From the NCBI GenBank assembly GCA_049968235.1, contig JBMFRC010000001.1, positions 224,001 through 288,000 on the forward strand: DNA of 64,000 nt, given 5' to 3'. Source of the stretch: Candidatus Hydrogenedens sp. GTDB taxonomy: Bacteria > Hydrogenedentota > Hydrogenedentia > Hydrogenedentales > Hydrogenedentaceae. Under the pieces are notes generated by a model. That model ran no database searches and had not been told where the DNA came from. It worked only from the letters and a program-made list of their open reading frames with translations. Both the position numbers and the translations under genes were made by a program. Below are positions 1-10,285 of this stretch, piece after piece. Positions within the stretch are counted from its first letter, which is position 1. Each line of letters opens with the position of its first letter.

Positions 1-283
1 CTTTCCGGAACTGGCAGAACTAATCGCTTCGCACCACGAATGTTACGATGGAGATGGATACCCTGAAGGACTTGAAGGCGAACAAATACCTTTTTTGTCC
101 CGTATATTAAAAGTGTTAGATGTTTATTGTGCTATGACCTCCCGACGCAATTATCGCACAGGTGTTGCTTCACGTGAAGAAGCCTTAGAATATCTTCTGG
201 AAGAACGAGGGAAACATTTCGACCCACAAATCATTGACGCATTCATGAAAATAAATCTTAGAGAAATCGACGATGACCTATAA
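1..283 (+). CDS. HD-GYP domain phosphodiesterase, C-terminal fragment (5' end outside window)
   Basis: In-frame translation from position 2 gives ...ELAELIASHHECYDGDGYPEGLEGEQIPFLSRILKVLDVYCAMTSRRNYR..., the HD-GYP signature region (HHExxDGxGYP). The ORF runs off the left edge of the window. Confidence 0.6.
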   Translation, partial: FPELAELIASHHECYDGDGYPEGLEGEQIPFLSRILKVLDVYCAMTSRRNYRTGVASREEALEYLLEERGKHFDPQIIDAFMKINLREIDDDL

Positions 284-947
284 TATTTCCCCTATGTGAA
301 GAATGAGACAGACGAGACCAATGGCAAAGAAGACAAAAATATATATCCATTGACATAAATACAGATATTCCTTTAAAGACAGTAATAGAACTATGCCATT
401 GCTGTTAACTATGCACCAGAATCTGTATATTTGATACGAAAGTTATCGTGGCAAATAATTACTCACCCTACATAAACACAAAAATAATTTTTTCATGTAA
501 TACATTGGTTTCCAGCCAAACCCTTCCTCTGTTCCAGAAATTCCTTTTCCAAAAATATCACAGATTGTAGGGACGAAATATTTTCCGCTCTAACACAATG
601 GGTAAAATATCTACGACAGTATTACAAATACAAACATAATTTGATATTAAAAATATTCATGATATTTAAACTGATTGTTAATAAACTATTGAACATAAAT
701 TTCTATTATTTGTTCGGATGAAATTATATTTTACACATAGATTTTCAACAGTTGTATTTAGGTATAAAAAAGAAATCGAGTAAATTATTTATATATAATA
801 GGAAGAGAAAAATCTTGACGAGTTAGATAAAATTGTGTTAATTTTGTTAAAAAAATTGTATAATGCTTATTATAGGATGAAGTAGCGTATATAATTATAT
901 AATATAGTGTATTATTACAAATAACCGTGTAATATGGAGTGTTAACG

Positions 948-2639
948 ATGGGAAAAAAGACACAAAGGTTCGTTCTTACAATAGGATTAATTGCTATCTT
1001 ATTGTTATCCATTTCGCCTGCTTATGCATGGGGACCACGAGCCAGACAGGCGTTGACTACTATGGCAATTCAAATGATACAATCTGAATTCCCATATGTA
1101 TTTCGTCCAGCGGGTTCCGCAGGTATAGGTTATGAAAAGGAAGCAATACAAGGTTCTACAGATAGCTGGCAAACCATAGCAGAATTTTATTCTTTTGAAA
1201 ATGAGAAAGCAGTATTGACAGCCATCAGTTCTGAAATACAATTACTCCGTGATATACGCAAGTTCGGACCGACATCTTACTATGCATATCGTTTAGGTGT
1301 TCTATCTGCTTTGGTTGCAGAAGTAATGATTCCGTATGGTTTTGCATGGACTAAAGAAGAGAAACAGTTGCAAAATCAGGTAAATGCGGATATCGATAAA
1401 AGACTTGACTCTTATGCATATCAGGCATCAAAGACACAGCGGTTTTTTGTAACAGATATAAACAAATTTTTTTCTGAACGACGCCCATATTTTTTAGAAA
1501 ATAAAAAATTAATTGCTGATGATTACCGACTGGGTAAAGGCTATAATGGGTTACTTGCAAAGGCAGGTTTGGATTATTTTGTAAGAACGGTTCGGACGAT
1601 TTCAGATGTATGGTATACCGTACTTCGTCCTGAGGATGATGGAATTTGGATAAGCCCTCCTTCGGACAGGACCCGTGCTTGGTACTTTGTAAAAGAGATT
1701 GAATATTTACTGGATGTCAAGAAAAATATGTATCAAGCAGATAAAATCTATGAAAATTTTACAAAACTTAGTGTAAATCCTCCGGAAGCAGTAAATCGTA
1801 TTGGTGATGCTTTTTATCGTTTAAATGACCCACAAGCCAAAAGCAGGGTTGTTCAACTTTGGCGGAGTGCTTATGCCAATTCTGTAGGTGAACTTCGCAA
1901 TTCTATTGCCAAAAAATTAGGAACCTATTATTTTGAAGAAGGACAGACGAAGTTTGCTCGTGCAGGACAACCCGGTGGGAGAGAAGAAGATTTAAATGAC
2001 GCTTTATACAATTTCCAGCAGGCTATAGAATTTGACCGCGATAATAAACAAATTATTGATATGATACAAGCAACTTACCAGGAGATAAAAGAACGAACAG
2101 AATACAGAAATATGCTGGTGGCTATCATTTCGCAGGCAGAAAAGACACAGGAAGAAGCAGAGAAGTATCGGCTTGCAGGTGATTATGGAAATGCTATACT
2201 AACATACCGTATCGCAGTAAGTTTATATAATTCAGTAGATGACCGATTCAAGGATTTAGAAAACAACGCAAAAAGTGGACTCCGCCGTGTGAAGAAGAGT
2301 ATTTCCGATGTAATAAATGAGATTTTAGACCGTGCCAGTGATGCCATTGACCAGGGAGACCAGCATAAGGAAAATAACCGATTTGAAGAAGCCATATCTT
2401 CGTATGCAAAAGTGGATAGCATTGTAAGTGTAATTCCGGATGATGAAAATCCTACCCTAACACAGCAGAAACAAAATGTAATCGATTTGTCGAAAAAACG
2501 CATAGAAGAGGCAAAAATAGCAAAAGTCCGTTATGAACAGGCTTTACAGGAAGCACAACAACGGGCTGCACAAAGTGGAGGTGGCACACCGCGTCAGGTC
2601 GCTCCACCTCCTGCACCTGTTCCTCCGCCTGCTAAATGA
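948..2639 (+). CDS. Secreted hypothetical protein, helical repeat-rich, Pro-rich C-terminus
   Basis: The ORF track starts at GTG 939, but an ATG at 948 gives MGKKTQRFVLTIGLIAILLLSISPAYA, a signal peptide with an AxA cleavage site. Long low-complexity helical stretches follow. The C-terminus is APPPAPVPPPAK. I recognise no family. Confidence 0.5.
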   Translation: MGKKTQRFVLTIGLIAILLLSISPAYAWGPRARQALTTMAIQMIQSEFPYVFRPAGSAGIGYEKEAIQGSTDSWQTIAEFYSFENEKAVLTAISSEIQLLRDIRKFGPTSYYAYRLGVLSALVAEVMIPYGFAWTKEEKQLQNQVNADIDKRLDSYAYQASKTQRFFVTDINKFFSERRPYFLENKKLIADDYRLGKGYNGLLAKAGLDYFVRTVRTISDVWYTVLRPEDDGIWISPPSDRTRAWYFVKEIEYLLDVKKNMYQADKIYENFTKLSVNPPEAVNRIGDAFYRLNDPQAKSRVVQLWRSAYANSVGELRNSIAKKLGTYYFEEGQTKFARAGQPGGREEDLNDALYNFQQAIEFDRDNKQIIDMIQATYQEIKERTEYRNMLVAIISQAEKTQEEAEKYRLAGDYGNAILTYRIAVSLYNSVDDRFKDLENNAKSGLRRVKKSISDVINEILDRASDAIDQGDQHKENNRFEEAISSYAKVDSIVSVIPDDENPTLTQQKQNVIDLSKKRIEEAKIAKVRYEQALQEAQQRAAQSGGGTPRQVAPPPAPVPPPAK

Positions 2640-2655
2640 TTTTTAAATATATAGG

Positions 2656-3399
2656 ATGAAAATGATATTTGTTCGAGCAAAAAATAGTTATTTTTGGTGC
2701 GTTTCCGTCTTTTGTATCTTCATTTTTTCCTACAATCTTTGCTTTGCTCAGACGAGTAGAGATACATCCGAAGGTTGTGGTCCTTATCATTCAAGATATA
2801 ATGTGCAACCACCAGCTAAAGAGATAGAAAAACCCCCGACTCGTTCTCCACTTTCTAATCCCCCAGCAACTTCTATCAAAGCACCTCTCCCTAAAAAATC
2901 TTTGTCAAATCCTCCTGCAGAGGCTAAATCTGCACCGTCTGAAAAAAAACCTGTCGTAAATCCACCGGCTGTCTCTATAAAACAACCACCGAGGAAACTA
3001 TCCGTTTACAATCCTCCTGCAAAACCTATTTCCGCACCTAAACCGAGAAGGTCATTACAATCCCCTCCTGCTCAAGCGAAGTCCGCTCCTCCCCCTAAAA
3101 AACCGATAGAAAATCCACCTACTACCCCTGTTTCTGCCCCGTCAAAGAGGCAACCGTTGTCCGCTCCTCCTGCTCAAGCAAAGTCCGCTCCTCCCCCTAA
3201 AAAACCGATAGAAAATCCACCTACTACCCCTGTTTCTGCCCCGTCAAAGAGGCAACCGTTGTCCGCTCCTCCTGCTCAAGCAAAGTCCACTCCTCCCCCT
3301 AAAATTCCAGTAGGGAAAGAAGACATTTCACGAATTCGTCCTTATTGTGTTGGAGTAAAAGAACCGGGTTCAAAAGATGAAAAGCGGTTTATGCATTAA
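2656..3399 (+). CDS. Secreted proline-rich tandem-repeat protein
   Basis: N-terminal signal peptide (…SYNLCFAQTS). The body consists of degenerate NPPA/SAP(P)K repeats and ends in two perfect 34-aa repeats (SAPPAQAKSAPPPKKPIENPPTTPVSAPSKRQPL). Confidence 0.5.
   Translation: MKMIFVRAKNSYFWCVSVFCIFIFSYNLCFAQTSRDTSEGCGPYHSRYNVQPPAKEIEKPPTRSPLSNPPATSIKAPLPKKSLSNPPAEAKSAPSEKKPVVNPPAVSIKQPPRKLSVYNPPAKPISAPKPRRSLQSPPAQAKSAPPPKKPIENPPTTPVSAPSKRQPLSAPPAQAKSAPPPKKPIENPPTTPVSAPSKRQPLSAPPAQAKSTPPPKIPVGKEDISRIRPYCVGVKEPGSKDEKRFMH
3070..3300. repeat. Tandem 102-bp direct repeat (about 2.3 copies) inside the proline-rich CDS
   Basis: The 102-bp unit gctcaagc(g/a)aagtccgctcctccccctaaaaaaccgatagaaaatccacctactacccctgtttctgccccgtcaaagaggcaaccgttgtccgctcctcct recurs at 3070, 3172 and 3274 (third copy partial), differing only by single substitutions. 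Confidence 0.8.
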
Positions 3400-3402
3400 A
3401 GA

Positions 3403-4233
3403 TTAACTCTTACTTCTTTTAACAATCATAGGTTCCGTAAAGAGAATATCTTCATTTAAAAATTCATGGGTAAGCCAGAACATAAGCAAGGTAGTATGAA
3501 TATTCACCCCATCAGATGGGATTCCTGTCCCTGAAAAAGCACCATCATCTCTCTGGAAAGAAAGTAGATGATATATTTCCTCAGGGTTGATGATTTTTTT
3601 CTTACCAAGGTAGCAAATAAATGCCAGTGCTTCAATTTTTAAATCAGAAGGGAATGAAATTGAAAGAGTTATCGAATAAATTTGATGTATTACTTCATTT
3701 ATCAATTGTTGCACATCATTATCACTGGTAGATAAACATTCCTGCTCGATGAACCAGGATAATGCCAGTGCAGAATGTGTAGTTTTATATCCTCCCTGTT
3801 TGGATTGCTCTTTGATTTGTCGGATTAATGTTATTTTATCTGGGCAGTCCTCCCGTCTGTCAATAAAAAGGGCTTTTAATTCGAGCCAGATATAACTCTC
3901 CGCCTGGTTTGGCTTCTTCCAATGAATACCTGTGTAATTTATTAGTCTTCCGTATATTTCCAGAGATTTTATATCCTGTGAAGTGGGAATCCGAACAAAC
4001 GACCTATTGAAAGAAAATTCGTCGGGTAGATTAAATCGGCGTTGTAAATAATCTAATAGAATCAGGTCTTCAACTCTAAAATAGAGTTTGTTTTTTCGGA
4101 TATAATCCAGTATTTTATTTCGTGTTTTTTCCAATTCCTGTTTTTGTAACGATTTGCTTCCTGGAAATGCTAAAGAAAGAAAAGGAGTAATAAGGAATAA
4201 CAATAGTAAAATGAAAGCAAAAACTTTTTTCAT
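3403..4233 (-). CDS. Hypothetical secreted protein
   Basis: The N-terminus MKKVFAFILLLLFLITPFLSLAFPG is a signal peptide. I recognise no catalytic motifs. Confidence 0.45.
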   Translation of the reverse strand: MKKVFAFILLLLFLITPFLSLAFPGSKSLQKQELEKTRNKILDYIRKNKLYFRVEDLILLDYLQRRFNLPDEFSFNRSFVRIPTSQDIKSLEIYGRLINYTGIHWKKPNQAESYIWLELKALFIDRREDCPDKITLIRQIKEQSKQGGYKTTHSALALSWFIEQECLSTSDNDVQQLINEVIHQIYSITLSISFPSDLKIEALAFICYLGKKKIINPEEIYHLLSFQRDDGAFSGTGIPSDGVNIHTTLLMFWLTHEFLNEDILFTEPMIVKRSKS

Positions 4234-5228
4234 GATTCTTGCTGTTCTTTTAAGTTCCCTTGTAATTTATCTACCAGCACCGCAGATAGAATAACAAGTC
4301 CTAATGTTATCTGTTGTCCAAAGGTCTCAATACCAATCCAGTTAAGACCACTGTTTAATGTGAAGACGACACACAATCCTAATAAAGTCCCCCACAATGA
4401 GCCTTTTCCTCCACTCAAACTTGTCCCTCCAATTACGACACTGGCGATAACGGCTAATTCATCGCCGATACCTACTTTAGGGCTTCCAGAACCCATACGT
4501 GATGCAAGTATTACACCCGCCAGAGCAGAAAAGGTACTACACAATATATAAACAAATAATTTTATCCGTTTGATAGGGACACCACTTAATCGGGCTGATT
4601 CTTCATTCCCTCCAATAGCAAGTGTGTGTCTTCCGGCAGAGGTATAATGTAAAACAATAAGCCCCGATAAAAATATGAGTCCAAAGATAACAATACTTAC
4701 AGGAATAAAATGAAAACATATCCCTCGCCCTATAACTAAAAACTCTTCAGGCACAGGACTTATAGGTTTGCCATTTGTAATAATGTTTGCCAGACCTCGC
4801 AATAGACTCATAAACGCAAGTGTTACAATGAAAGGTGGAATATCCCATAGAGTTATAATGCTTCCCATAATAATACCGAATAAAAGTCCTATCATAACTC
4901 CGGCAAGGAAAGACAAGGGTACGAAATATCCCGAAATGGAAGCAAGATAAACAGATAACATAGCCGATACAACCCCTGCCATGGCTCCGATGGAACCAAT
5001 GGATAAATCAATTCCCCCGGACATAATGACAAAAGTCATTCCTACCGCCATAATTCCAAAAATGGAAAGTTGATTTAAAATAAGGATGATAGTAGAAAGG
5101 GAAGCAAAGCCGGGCTGTCCTTGATTTCTGCCTATAATTTCAAAAATAAAAAATTCAAGAATTAAAGTAATCGTTAAAGGAACCCAGGAACGATAGAAAA
5201 GTGTCTTGATACTCTGATTAAGCCACAT
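4230..5228 (-). CDS. Sugar ABC transporter permease (CUT2 / RbsC-like)
   Basis: The product is a multi-pass membrane protein with RbsC/branched-chain-type permease composition. I moved the start to the internal Met (MWLNQSIK…), 5 nt after the ATPase stop. The tracked ORF would overlap the ATPase by 118 nt. Alternative start at 5282. Confidence 0.7.
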   Translation of the reverse strand: MWLNQSIKTLFYRSWVPLTITLILEFFIFEIIGRNQGQPGFASLSTIILILNQLSIFGIMAVGMTFVIMSGGIDLSIGSIGAMAGVVSAMLSVYLASISGYFVPLSFLAGVMIGLLFGIIMGSIITLWDIPPFIVTLAFMSLLRGLANIITNGKPISPVPEEFLVIGRGICFHFIPVSIVIFGLIFLSGLIVLHYTSAGRHTLAIGGNEESARLSGVPIKRIKLFVYILCSTFSALAGVILASRMGSGSPKVGIGDELAVIASVVIGGTSLSGGKGSLWGTLLGLCVVFTLNSGLNWIGIETFGQQITLGLVILSAVLVDKLQGNLKEQQES

Positions 5229-6726
5229 TCTGTTTTTTATATCCTGTGGCAAACTGCATAATTTTTTCCTGAGTGGCTTCATTACGAGATAATTCACCGA
5301 CAAGGTGTCCTTCATGCATAACAAGAATACGGTCACACATACCTAAGACCTCCGGCAACTCACTGGAAATCATAAGGATTGCGACCCCTTCTTCCAGAAG
5401 TCGGTTCATAAGTTTGAATATTTCCGATTTTGCACCCACATCAATTCCGCGTGTCGGTTCATCAAAAATTAAAATTCGAGATTGAGTAAAGAGCCATTTT
5501 GCAAGAACCACCTTTTGTTGATTTCCACCACTCAAATTCTGTGCAATTTGTTCGATAGATGGAGTTCGTATTTGTAGGTCATGCACATATTTTTCGGCTA
5601 CCTCCCGTTCTTTTGCAAGATTGAGGAAAATTCCCCTTGTAATTTCTTTTAAGTTTGCCAGGGTTGTATTTTCGCGAATGGTCATACCTAAAACCAGTCC
5701 TTGATTTTTTCGGTCTTCCGTAAGTAGTCCAATACCATTTTTAATGGCTTCCTGCGGGGAACGGATTTTTACTTCCTGTCCATCAATAAAAATTTTGCCG
5801 GCATCAATAGGGTCCGCACCAAATATAGCACGTGCTACTTCTGTTCTACCGGCTCCAACCAGACCTGTAAGACCTACAATTTCCCCGCAATATACGGAGA
5901 AATTAATATCAAAAAAAGCACCTTTACGGGTAAATCCTTCCACTCGTAATCGTTCCTTACCACGAGGAAGAAATATTTTGGGATATTCATCTGTAAGTTC
6001 ACGACCAACCATCATTTTAATAACATCTTCACGACTTACATCGCAAACATTATGGGTTCCTACATACTGACCGTCCCGCATCACTGTAACACGGTTCCCT
6101 ATTTCATAAAGTTCTTCAAGCCGATGTGAAATATAGATAATTCCGATATCCTGCCGTCTTAATACTTTGATAAGTTCAAACAAAGTCTTTAATTCATGGT
6201 CTGTCAAAGTTGCCGAAGGTTCATCCATTACTATTATTTTTGCCTTTATGCTCAAAGCCTTAGCAATCTCTACCATTTGTTGTTGAGCAATACTCAATTC
6301 CGCCACGGGAAGTCGTACATCCAATTTTAATCCAACACGCTCTAATACTTCCTGTGCCCCTGCATACATCTGTTGCCAATTAATAAACGGTGTTTTAGGA
6401 ATACGCGGTTCTCTACCCAGGAAGATATTTTCCGCAACGCTTAAATAGGGAATAAGATTAAATTCCTGATATATCATGCTAATTCCCAATTGCTGGGCAT
6501 GGTAGGGAGAGGTAATTTGTATTGGTTGCCCTTCGAGAAAAATTTGCCCCGAATCCATAGCAACCGCACCTGCTAATATTTTCATGAGTGTTGATTTCCC
6601 GGCTCCATTTTCTCCTACAAGACAATGAACTTCTCCATAACGAACCTCTAATTGCACCTTATCTAATGCCAGGACACCCGGGAACCGTTTCGTTATATCT
6701 CGCATTTCAAGTAATACATCACTCAT
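5218..6726 (-). CDS. Sugar ABC transporter ATP-binding protein, two fused ABC domains (RbsA/MglA/XylG-like)
   Basis: Two Walker A motifs (GENGAGKST, GLVGAGRTE), LSGGNQQK and LSIAQQQM signatures, and Walker B motifs (IIVMDEPS, ILIFDEPT). Confidence 0.85.
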   Translation of the reverse strand: MSDVLLEMRDITKRFPGVLALDKVQLEVRYGEVHCLVGENGAGKSTLMKILAGAVAMDSGQIFLEGQPIQITSPYHAQQLGISMIYQEFNLIPYLSVAENIFLGREPRIPKTPFINWQQMYAGAQEVLERVGLKLDVRLPVAELSIAQQQMVEIAKALSIKAKIIVMDEPSATLTDHELKTLFELIKVLRRQDIGIIYISHRLEELYEIGNRVTVMRDGQYVGTHNVCDVSREDVIKMMVGRELTDEYPKIFLPRGKERLRVEGFTRKGAFFDINFSVYCGEIVGLTGLVGAGRTEVARAIFGADPIDAGKIFIDGQEVKIRSPQEAIKNGIGLLTEDRKNQGLVLGMTIRENTTLANLKEITRGIFLNLAKEREVAEKYVHDLQIRTPSIEQIAQNLSGGNQQKVVLAKWLFTQSRILIFDEPTRGIDVGAKSEIFKLMNRLLEEGVAILMISSELPEVLGMCDRILVMHEGHLVGELSRNEATQEKIMQFATGYKKQNVA

Positions 6727-7729
6727 TTTTTTGCCCTTCTAATAATGTTTCACGGGTAATTAATTTTACAGGGATATATTTTACAGAGGGAATATTTTTC
6801 CCCTGAAAAAACTCTGCAATAGTTTCACTTGCTGTTTTACCTATTTCTCTGGGAAACTGGGCAATGTCAGCAATCAATGCTTTACCCTCACTTATTGCTT
6901 TACATGCTTCCGGTGTTGCATCAAATCCGACAATTTTAATCTTCTCCTGTAATCCAGCAGATTCTACTGCAGCCAGAGCACCTAAAGCGGAATCATCGTT
7001 AATTCCAAAGATAGCATCTAAATCAGAGCGGGAAGCAATTAAATCCTGAGCAGAACGCATGGCTTTATCTCGTTGCCCTTCTCCCGGCACTTTTTGAACT
7101 ATACGAATTCCGGGATATTTCCCAATCGCATCTTCAAAACCTTTAACCCGTTCCTGAACAGAAGTAACCATAGGATGGTCAATAATAGCAACTTTTCCCT
7201 GTCCTTTTAATTCCTCTGCCAGGAATTCTCCTAATAAACTCCCTCCCTGATAATTGTCTGATGCTATATGACAAATTACATCGGTGTCCTTAACAGCAAT
7301 ATCTACAGTGAACACAGGGATTTTTTTTTCCATAGCCTGTTTTATAATTGGAGCCATTCCACTGGAATCAGTAGGGGCTACTACCAGTGCCTGAACCCCC
7401 TGGAGAATGAACATTTCTATCTGGTCATTTTGTTTGCGTGGGTCAAATTCTGCATATTGAATTTTTACCTGGATATTCTTTTGTTCCGCAGTCTCTTTCA
7501 TTGCCCCTGCCAGGTCTTGATAAAAAACATGTGTCTGGGTCAATAAAGAAGCACCTACAACTATCCGATTTGTTATTTCCGCTCCTGTTGTTTCTTTCTT
7601 TCCCGAACAAGAAATGATTAAAATAAATAGAAAAATGGCTATTAAACTTGAATAGAAATGTTTTAATTTTAAAATACACATACCTCTAAATTTTCCTTTT
7701 TTACATATCACCATTTTAATATACATCAA
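6719..7729 (-). CDS. Sugar ABC transporter substrate-binding lipoprotein (periplasmic-binding-protein fold, RbsB-like)
   Basis: Lipoprotein signal peptide with lipobox (…FLFILIISCSGKK). PBP type-I composition. The ORF overlaps the ATPase start by 8 nt, consistent with an operon. Confidence 0.8.
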   Translation of the reverse strand: MMYIKMVICKKGKFRGMCILKLKHFYSSLIAIFLFILIISCSGKKETTGAEITNRIVVGASLLTQTHVFYQDLAGAMKETAEQKNIQVKIQYAEFDPRKQNDQIEMFILQGVQALVVAPTDSSGMAPIIKQAMEKKIPVFTVDIAVKDTDVICHIASDNYQGGSLLGEFLAEELKGQGKVAIIDHPMVTSVQERVKGFEDAIGKYPGIRIVQKVPGEGQRDKAMRSAQDLIASRSDLDAIFGINDDSALGALAAVESAGLQEKIKIVGFDATPEACKAISEGKALIADIAQFPREIGKTASETIAEFFQGKNIPSVKYIPVKLITRETLLEGQKNE

Positions 7730-7762
7730 AACAATTAATCCAATCAGTTGCGAATTAAAATC

Positions 7763-9490
7763 TTATTTGTCGTATCCAGTAGTATACCAGCGATTATATA
7801 AAAAGGGTAGAGAAAACACTTCTTTCTTTATAGGTAGATTGTCAATAATAGACGCTCCTTCTCCATTCCAGTCCACATTGATTCCGTCAAACCATGCCCC
7901 ACTAAACGAGCCTTCTTCATTCCCACACCAAACCCCCAACATGATTAACATAGTATTGGGAGACAGAGATTGAAAAGTCATACCGGGCGATAAGGAATGG
8001 ACAAGTTCGGGTATATTAAGTGTTATATGATGGGAACGATAACCATAATCGGGCAACATCATAGTGATAAATTTTCCTTCTTCTCTGTATTTTTCTAAAT
8101 ATTGAGGTTTTGCAGGTATTCCATCATGATACGCCCAAATTTTTGGGATATGTTTAACCCGCTCTTCGCGTGCTCCCCAATGGCCTACCCACATCCAGCA
8201 GAAATTTCTATCTTTAAACAAAGCAACTCGTATAAACCCACCTCCCAAAAAACTTTTCTCACTGTTCGGAATGTAATATCGTATTTTAACAACGGGACTT
8301 GCACTGCTATCGGGTATTTGCAAAACCTGATAAGCGTCGATACTTTCATCATATTGCCATGCATGCCCTTTGAATCGGGTAAATAAGTGCAGGGATTGCT
8401 CCCCCGGTAATAAGCCGCATTTTCGTATTTCGTGTATAAACCCCGGTTCCTGTTCTGATGTATAGCGTATAGGAAATAACCAGTCGGTTAAACCTCGTTC
8501 AAAATCACCATTTTTAATTTCCTTATACGATGGCATCTCGCTCCAGTGCAGAAATGAACGGGGGTCCATATCTTTCGTAAATATCGGGAAATGGGAAGGA
8601 TATTCATGCTTTGCATCAACTTCTAATTGCCGACCTACCAATTTCATATCAGAACCGTTAAGAACCGCTTCCACAAAATATCCCCGGTCTTTCTGCGTAT
8701 TAAACTCCGGATACTCTTCGCCAAAGGCTCTTCCGGGAACTAATGTGGGCAGAACAACAAATTTTGTCCCTTGATATTCCCATGCTGTCCGAACAGATGC
8801 TTTAATACCGTTATGAACATGCCCCATAAACACATATTGAACATTACCATATCGCACTATTGTGTCTAATAATTTGTTTTTTCTGTCCTTAGGATAAGTG
8901 TAATACTCTAACTGGGACAGTCCTACGGGTAATAAATGATAATGTAAAAATACCATTACAGGACTTCGCCATACTTCATGAAGTTCGTTATCCAACCATG
9001 CTATCTGTTCATCAAAATTATTGTTTTCCAATAAATCAGGTGTGGATAGAACGACAATTCGCCATGCACCACAGTTAAAGGCATAATTAGGCAAACGGAA
9101 CCCACATAACCGTTCTTGCATGGATAAAAACAATCCATCGTCATATTTCCCGTCATGATTCCCATGCACTAATGCCATAGGTATTTTTAGAGGTCGAACT
9201 GCATTTTCAAATGCTGAAAAATAATCGGGACGGGGAAAAGCAACAAGGTCACCATTAAAAACAATCAAATCTACCTGTTCCTGATTTGCTGTATTTACCA
9301 TCTTCTGCAGTGTTTGTTCCAATTCCCGTTCAAATCCAACAGGACTATCAGCAGGACCTATTTGTGGGTCTGCGATAAGAAAAATGCGGAGATTTTCTGT
9401 TTTCCCAGCAAGAGAAGCATAGTAATCTATCATGGGTTTGTTTGCACCATCCTGAGCCAATAAAATAAAGTAAAAAAAAATAGAAAGCAT
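7763..9490 (-). CDS. Calcineurin-like metallophosphoesterase with long C-terminal extension
   Basis: Motifs LIADPQIG (D-x-H-like), GDLVAF, GNHD and GHVHNG match the metallophosphatase signature. Short N-terminal signal-like segment. Confidence 0.7.
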   Translation of the reverse strand: MLSIFFYFILLAQDGANKPMIDYYASLAGKTENLRIFLIADPQIGPADSPVGFERELEQTLQKMVNTANQEQVDLIVFNGDLVAFPRPDYFSAFENAVRPLKIPMALVHGNHDGKYDDGLFLSMQERLCGFRLPNYAFNCGAWRIVVLSTPDLLENNNFDEQIAWLDNELHEVWRSPVMVFLHYHLLPVGLSQLEYYTYPKDRKNKLLDTIVRYGNVQYVFMGHVHNGIKASVRTAWEYQGTKFVVLPTLVPGRAFGEEYPEFNTQKDRGYFVEAVLNGSDMKLVGRQLEVDAKHEYPSHFPIFTKDMDPRSFLHWSEMPSYKEIKNGDFERGLTDWLFPIRYTSEQEPGFIHEIRKCGLLPGEQSLHLFTRFKGHAWQYDESIDAYQVLQIPDSSASPVVKIRYYIPNSEKSFLGGGFIRVALFKDRNFCWMWVGHWGAREERVKHIPKIWAYHDGIPAKPQYLEKYREEGKFITMMLPDYGYRSHHITLNIPELVHSLSPGMTFQSLSPNTMLIMLGVWCGNEEGSFSGAWFDGINVDWNGEGASIIDNLPIKKEVFSLPFLYNRWYTTGYDK

Positions 9491-9668
9491 AACACCTCCT
9501 GATATGTATCCTTTTTATGATTATACGAATTTATCTTTGACTGGACAACATGAATGTCCGACGGGTCTGACTGAACCAACTTGTCGGAGCGACATACTTT
9601 ACTAGGAATGTTTTTAATGGGCTTAATACGATATAATCTGTATTTGTATAATAAAGGAGATATGGAAT

Positions 9669-10223
9669 ATGAAAAAAGTTCTGGTATTGCTTGCACAAGG
9701 ATGCGAAGAGGTTGAAGCGGTAACGGTAATTGATTTGCTGAATCGAGCAGGCCTTGAAGTAACCACAGCATGTCTGGATAATGAAAAAGTAATACATGCC
9801 AGTCATGGTGCAATATTAATGGCACAAAAAACTTTAAATGAGGTATTGGATGAAGAATTTGATATGGTTGTTTTACCCGGAGGGCTTCCAGGTGCAGACC
9901 ACTTAGCAAATGATACAAGAGTAGTCAATCTTATAAAAAATATGGCAAATGCGGGAAAATATGTTTCTGCAATCTGCGCTGCACCACATATATTAGCTCA
10001 AATTGGTTTGCTTGATGGAAAGAAAGCCACAGCATACCCGGGCTTTATAAAAAAAGAAAATTTTCCTCAAATAGATATTTGCGACGAAAAGGTCGTTGTA
10101 AGTGGGAATATAATCACGGGTAGAGGTCCAGGGGTTGCTATGGATTTTGCACTCACACTTATCGAGGTCTTATGTGGAAAGAAATTACGGGATAAGGTAG
10201 AAAAGACACTTGTCCGTTACTAA
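9669..10223 (+). CDS. DJ-1/PfpI (ThiJ/YajL) family protein
   Basis: MKKVLVLLAQGCEEVEAVTVIDLLNRAG… and the nucleophile elbow AICAAP are typical of DJ-1/YajL. Confidence 0.8.
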   Translation: MKKVLVLLAQGCEEVEAVTVIDLLNRAGLEVTTACLDNEKVIHASHGAILMAQKTLNEVLDEEFDMVVLPGGLPGADHLANDTRVVNLIKNMANAGKYVSAICAAPHILAQIGLLDGKKATAYPGFIKKENFPQIDICDEKVVVSGNIITGRGPGVAMDFALTLIEVLCGKKLRDKVEKTLVRY

Positions 10224-10285
10224 AATAGTGTCTTTTATCAGGCTCAAAATTATTCATAGTTCACACCCAAAAAAATATTATCAGA

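Noticed and set aside
300-938. Promoter upstream of the first secreted-protein gene (TATAAT at 859-864)
   Set aside because: A perfect -10 hexamer, but no acceptable -35 or extended -10 element. AT-rich context makes hexamer matches unreliable.
9430-9918. 162-aa and 91-aa ORFs antisense to the DJ-1 gene / in the divergent spacer
   Set aside because: They overlap a well-supported CDS on the opposite strand, have low-complexity composition and carry no motifs. Likely spurious.
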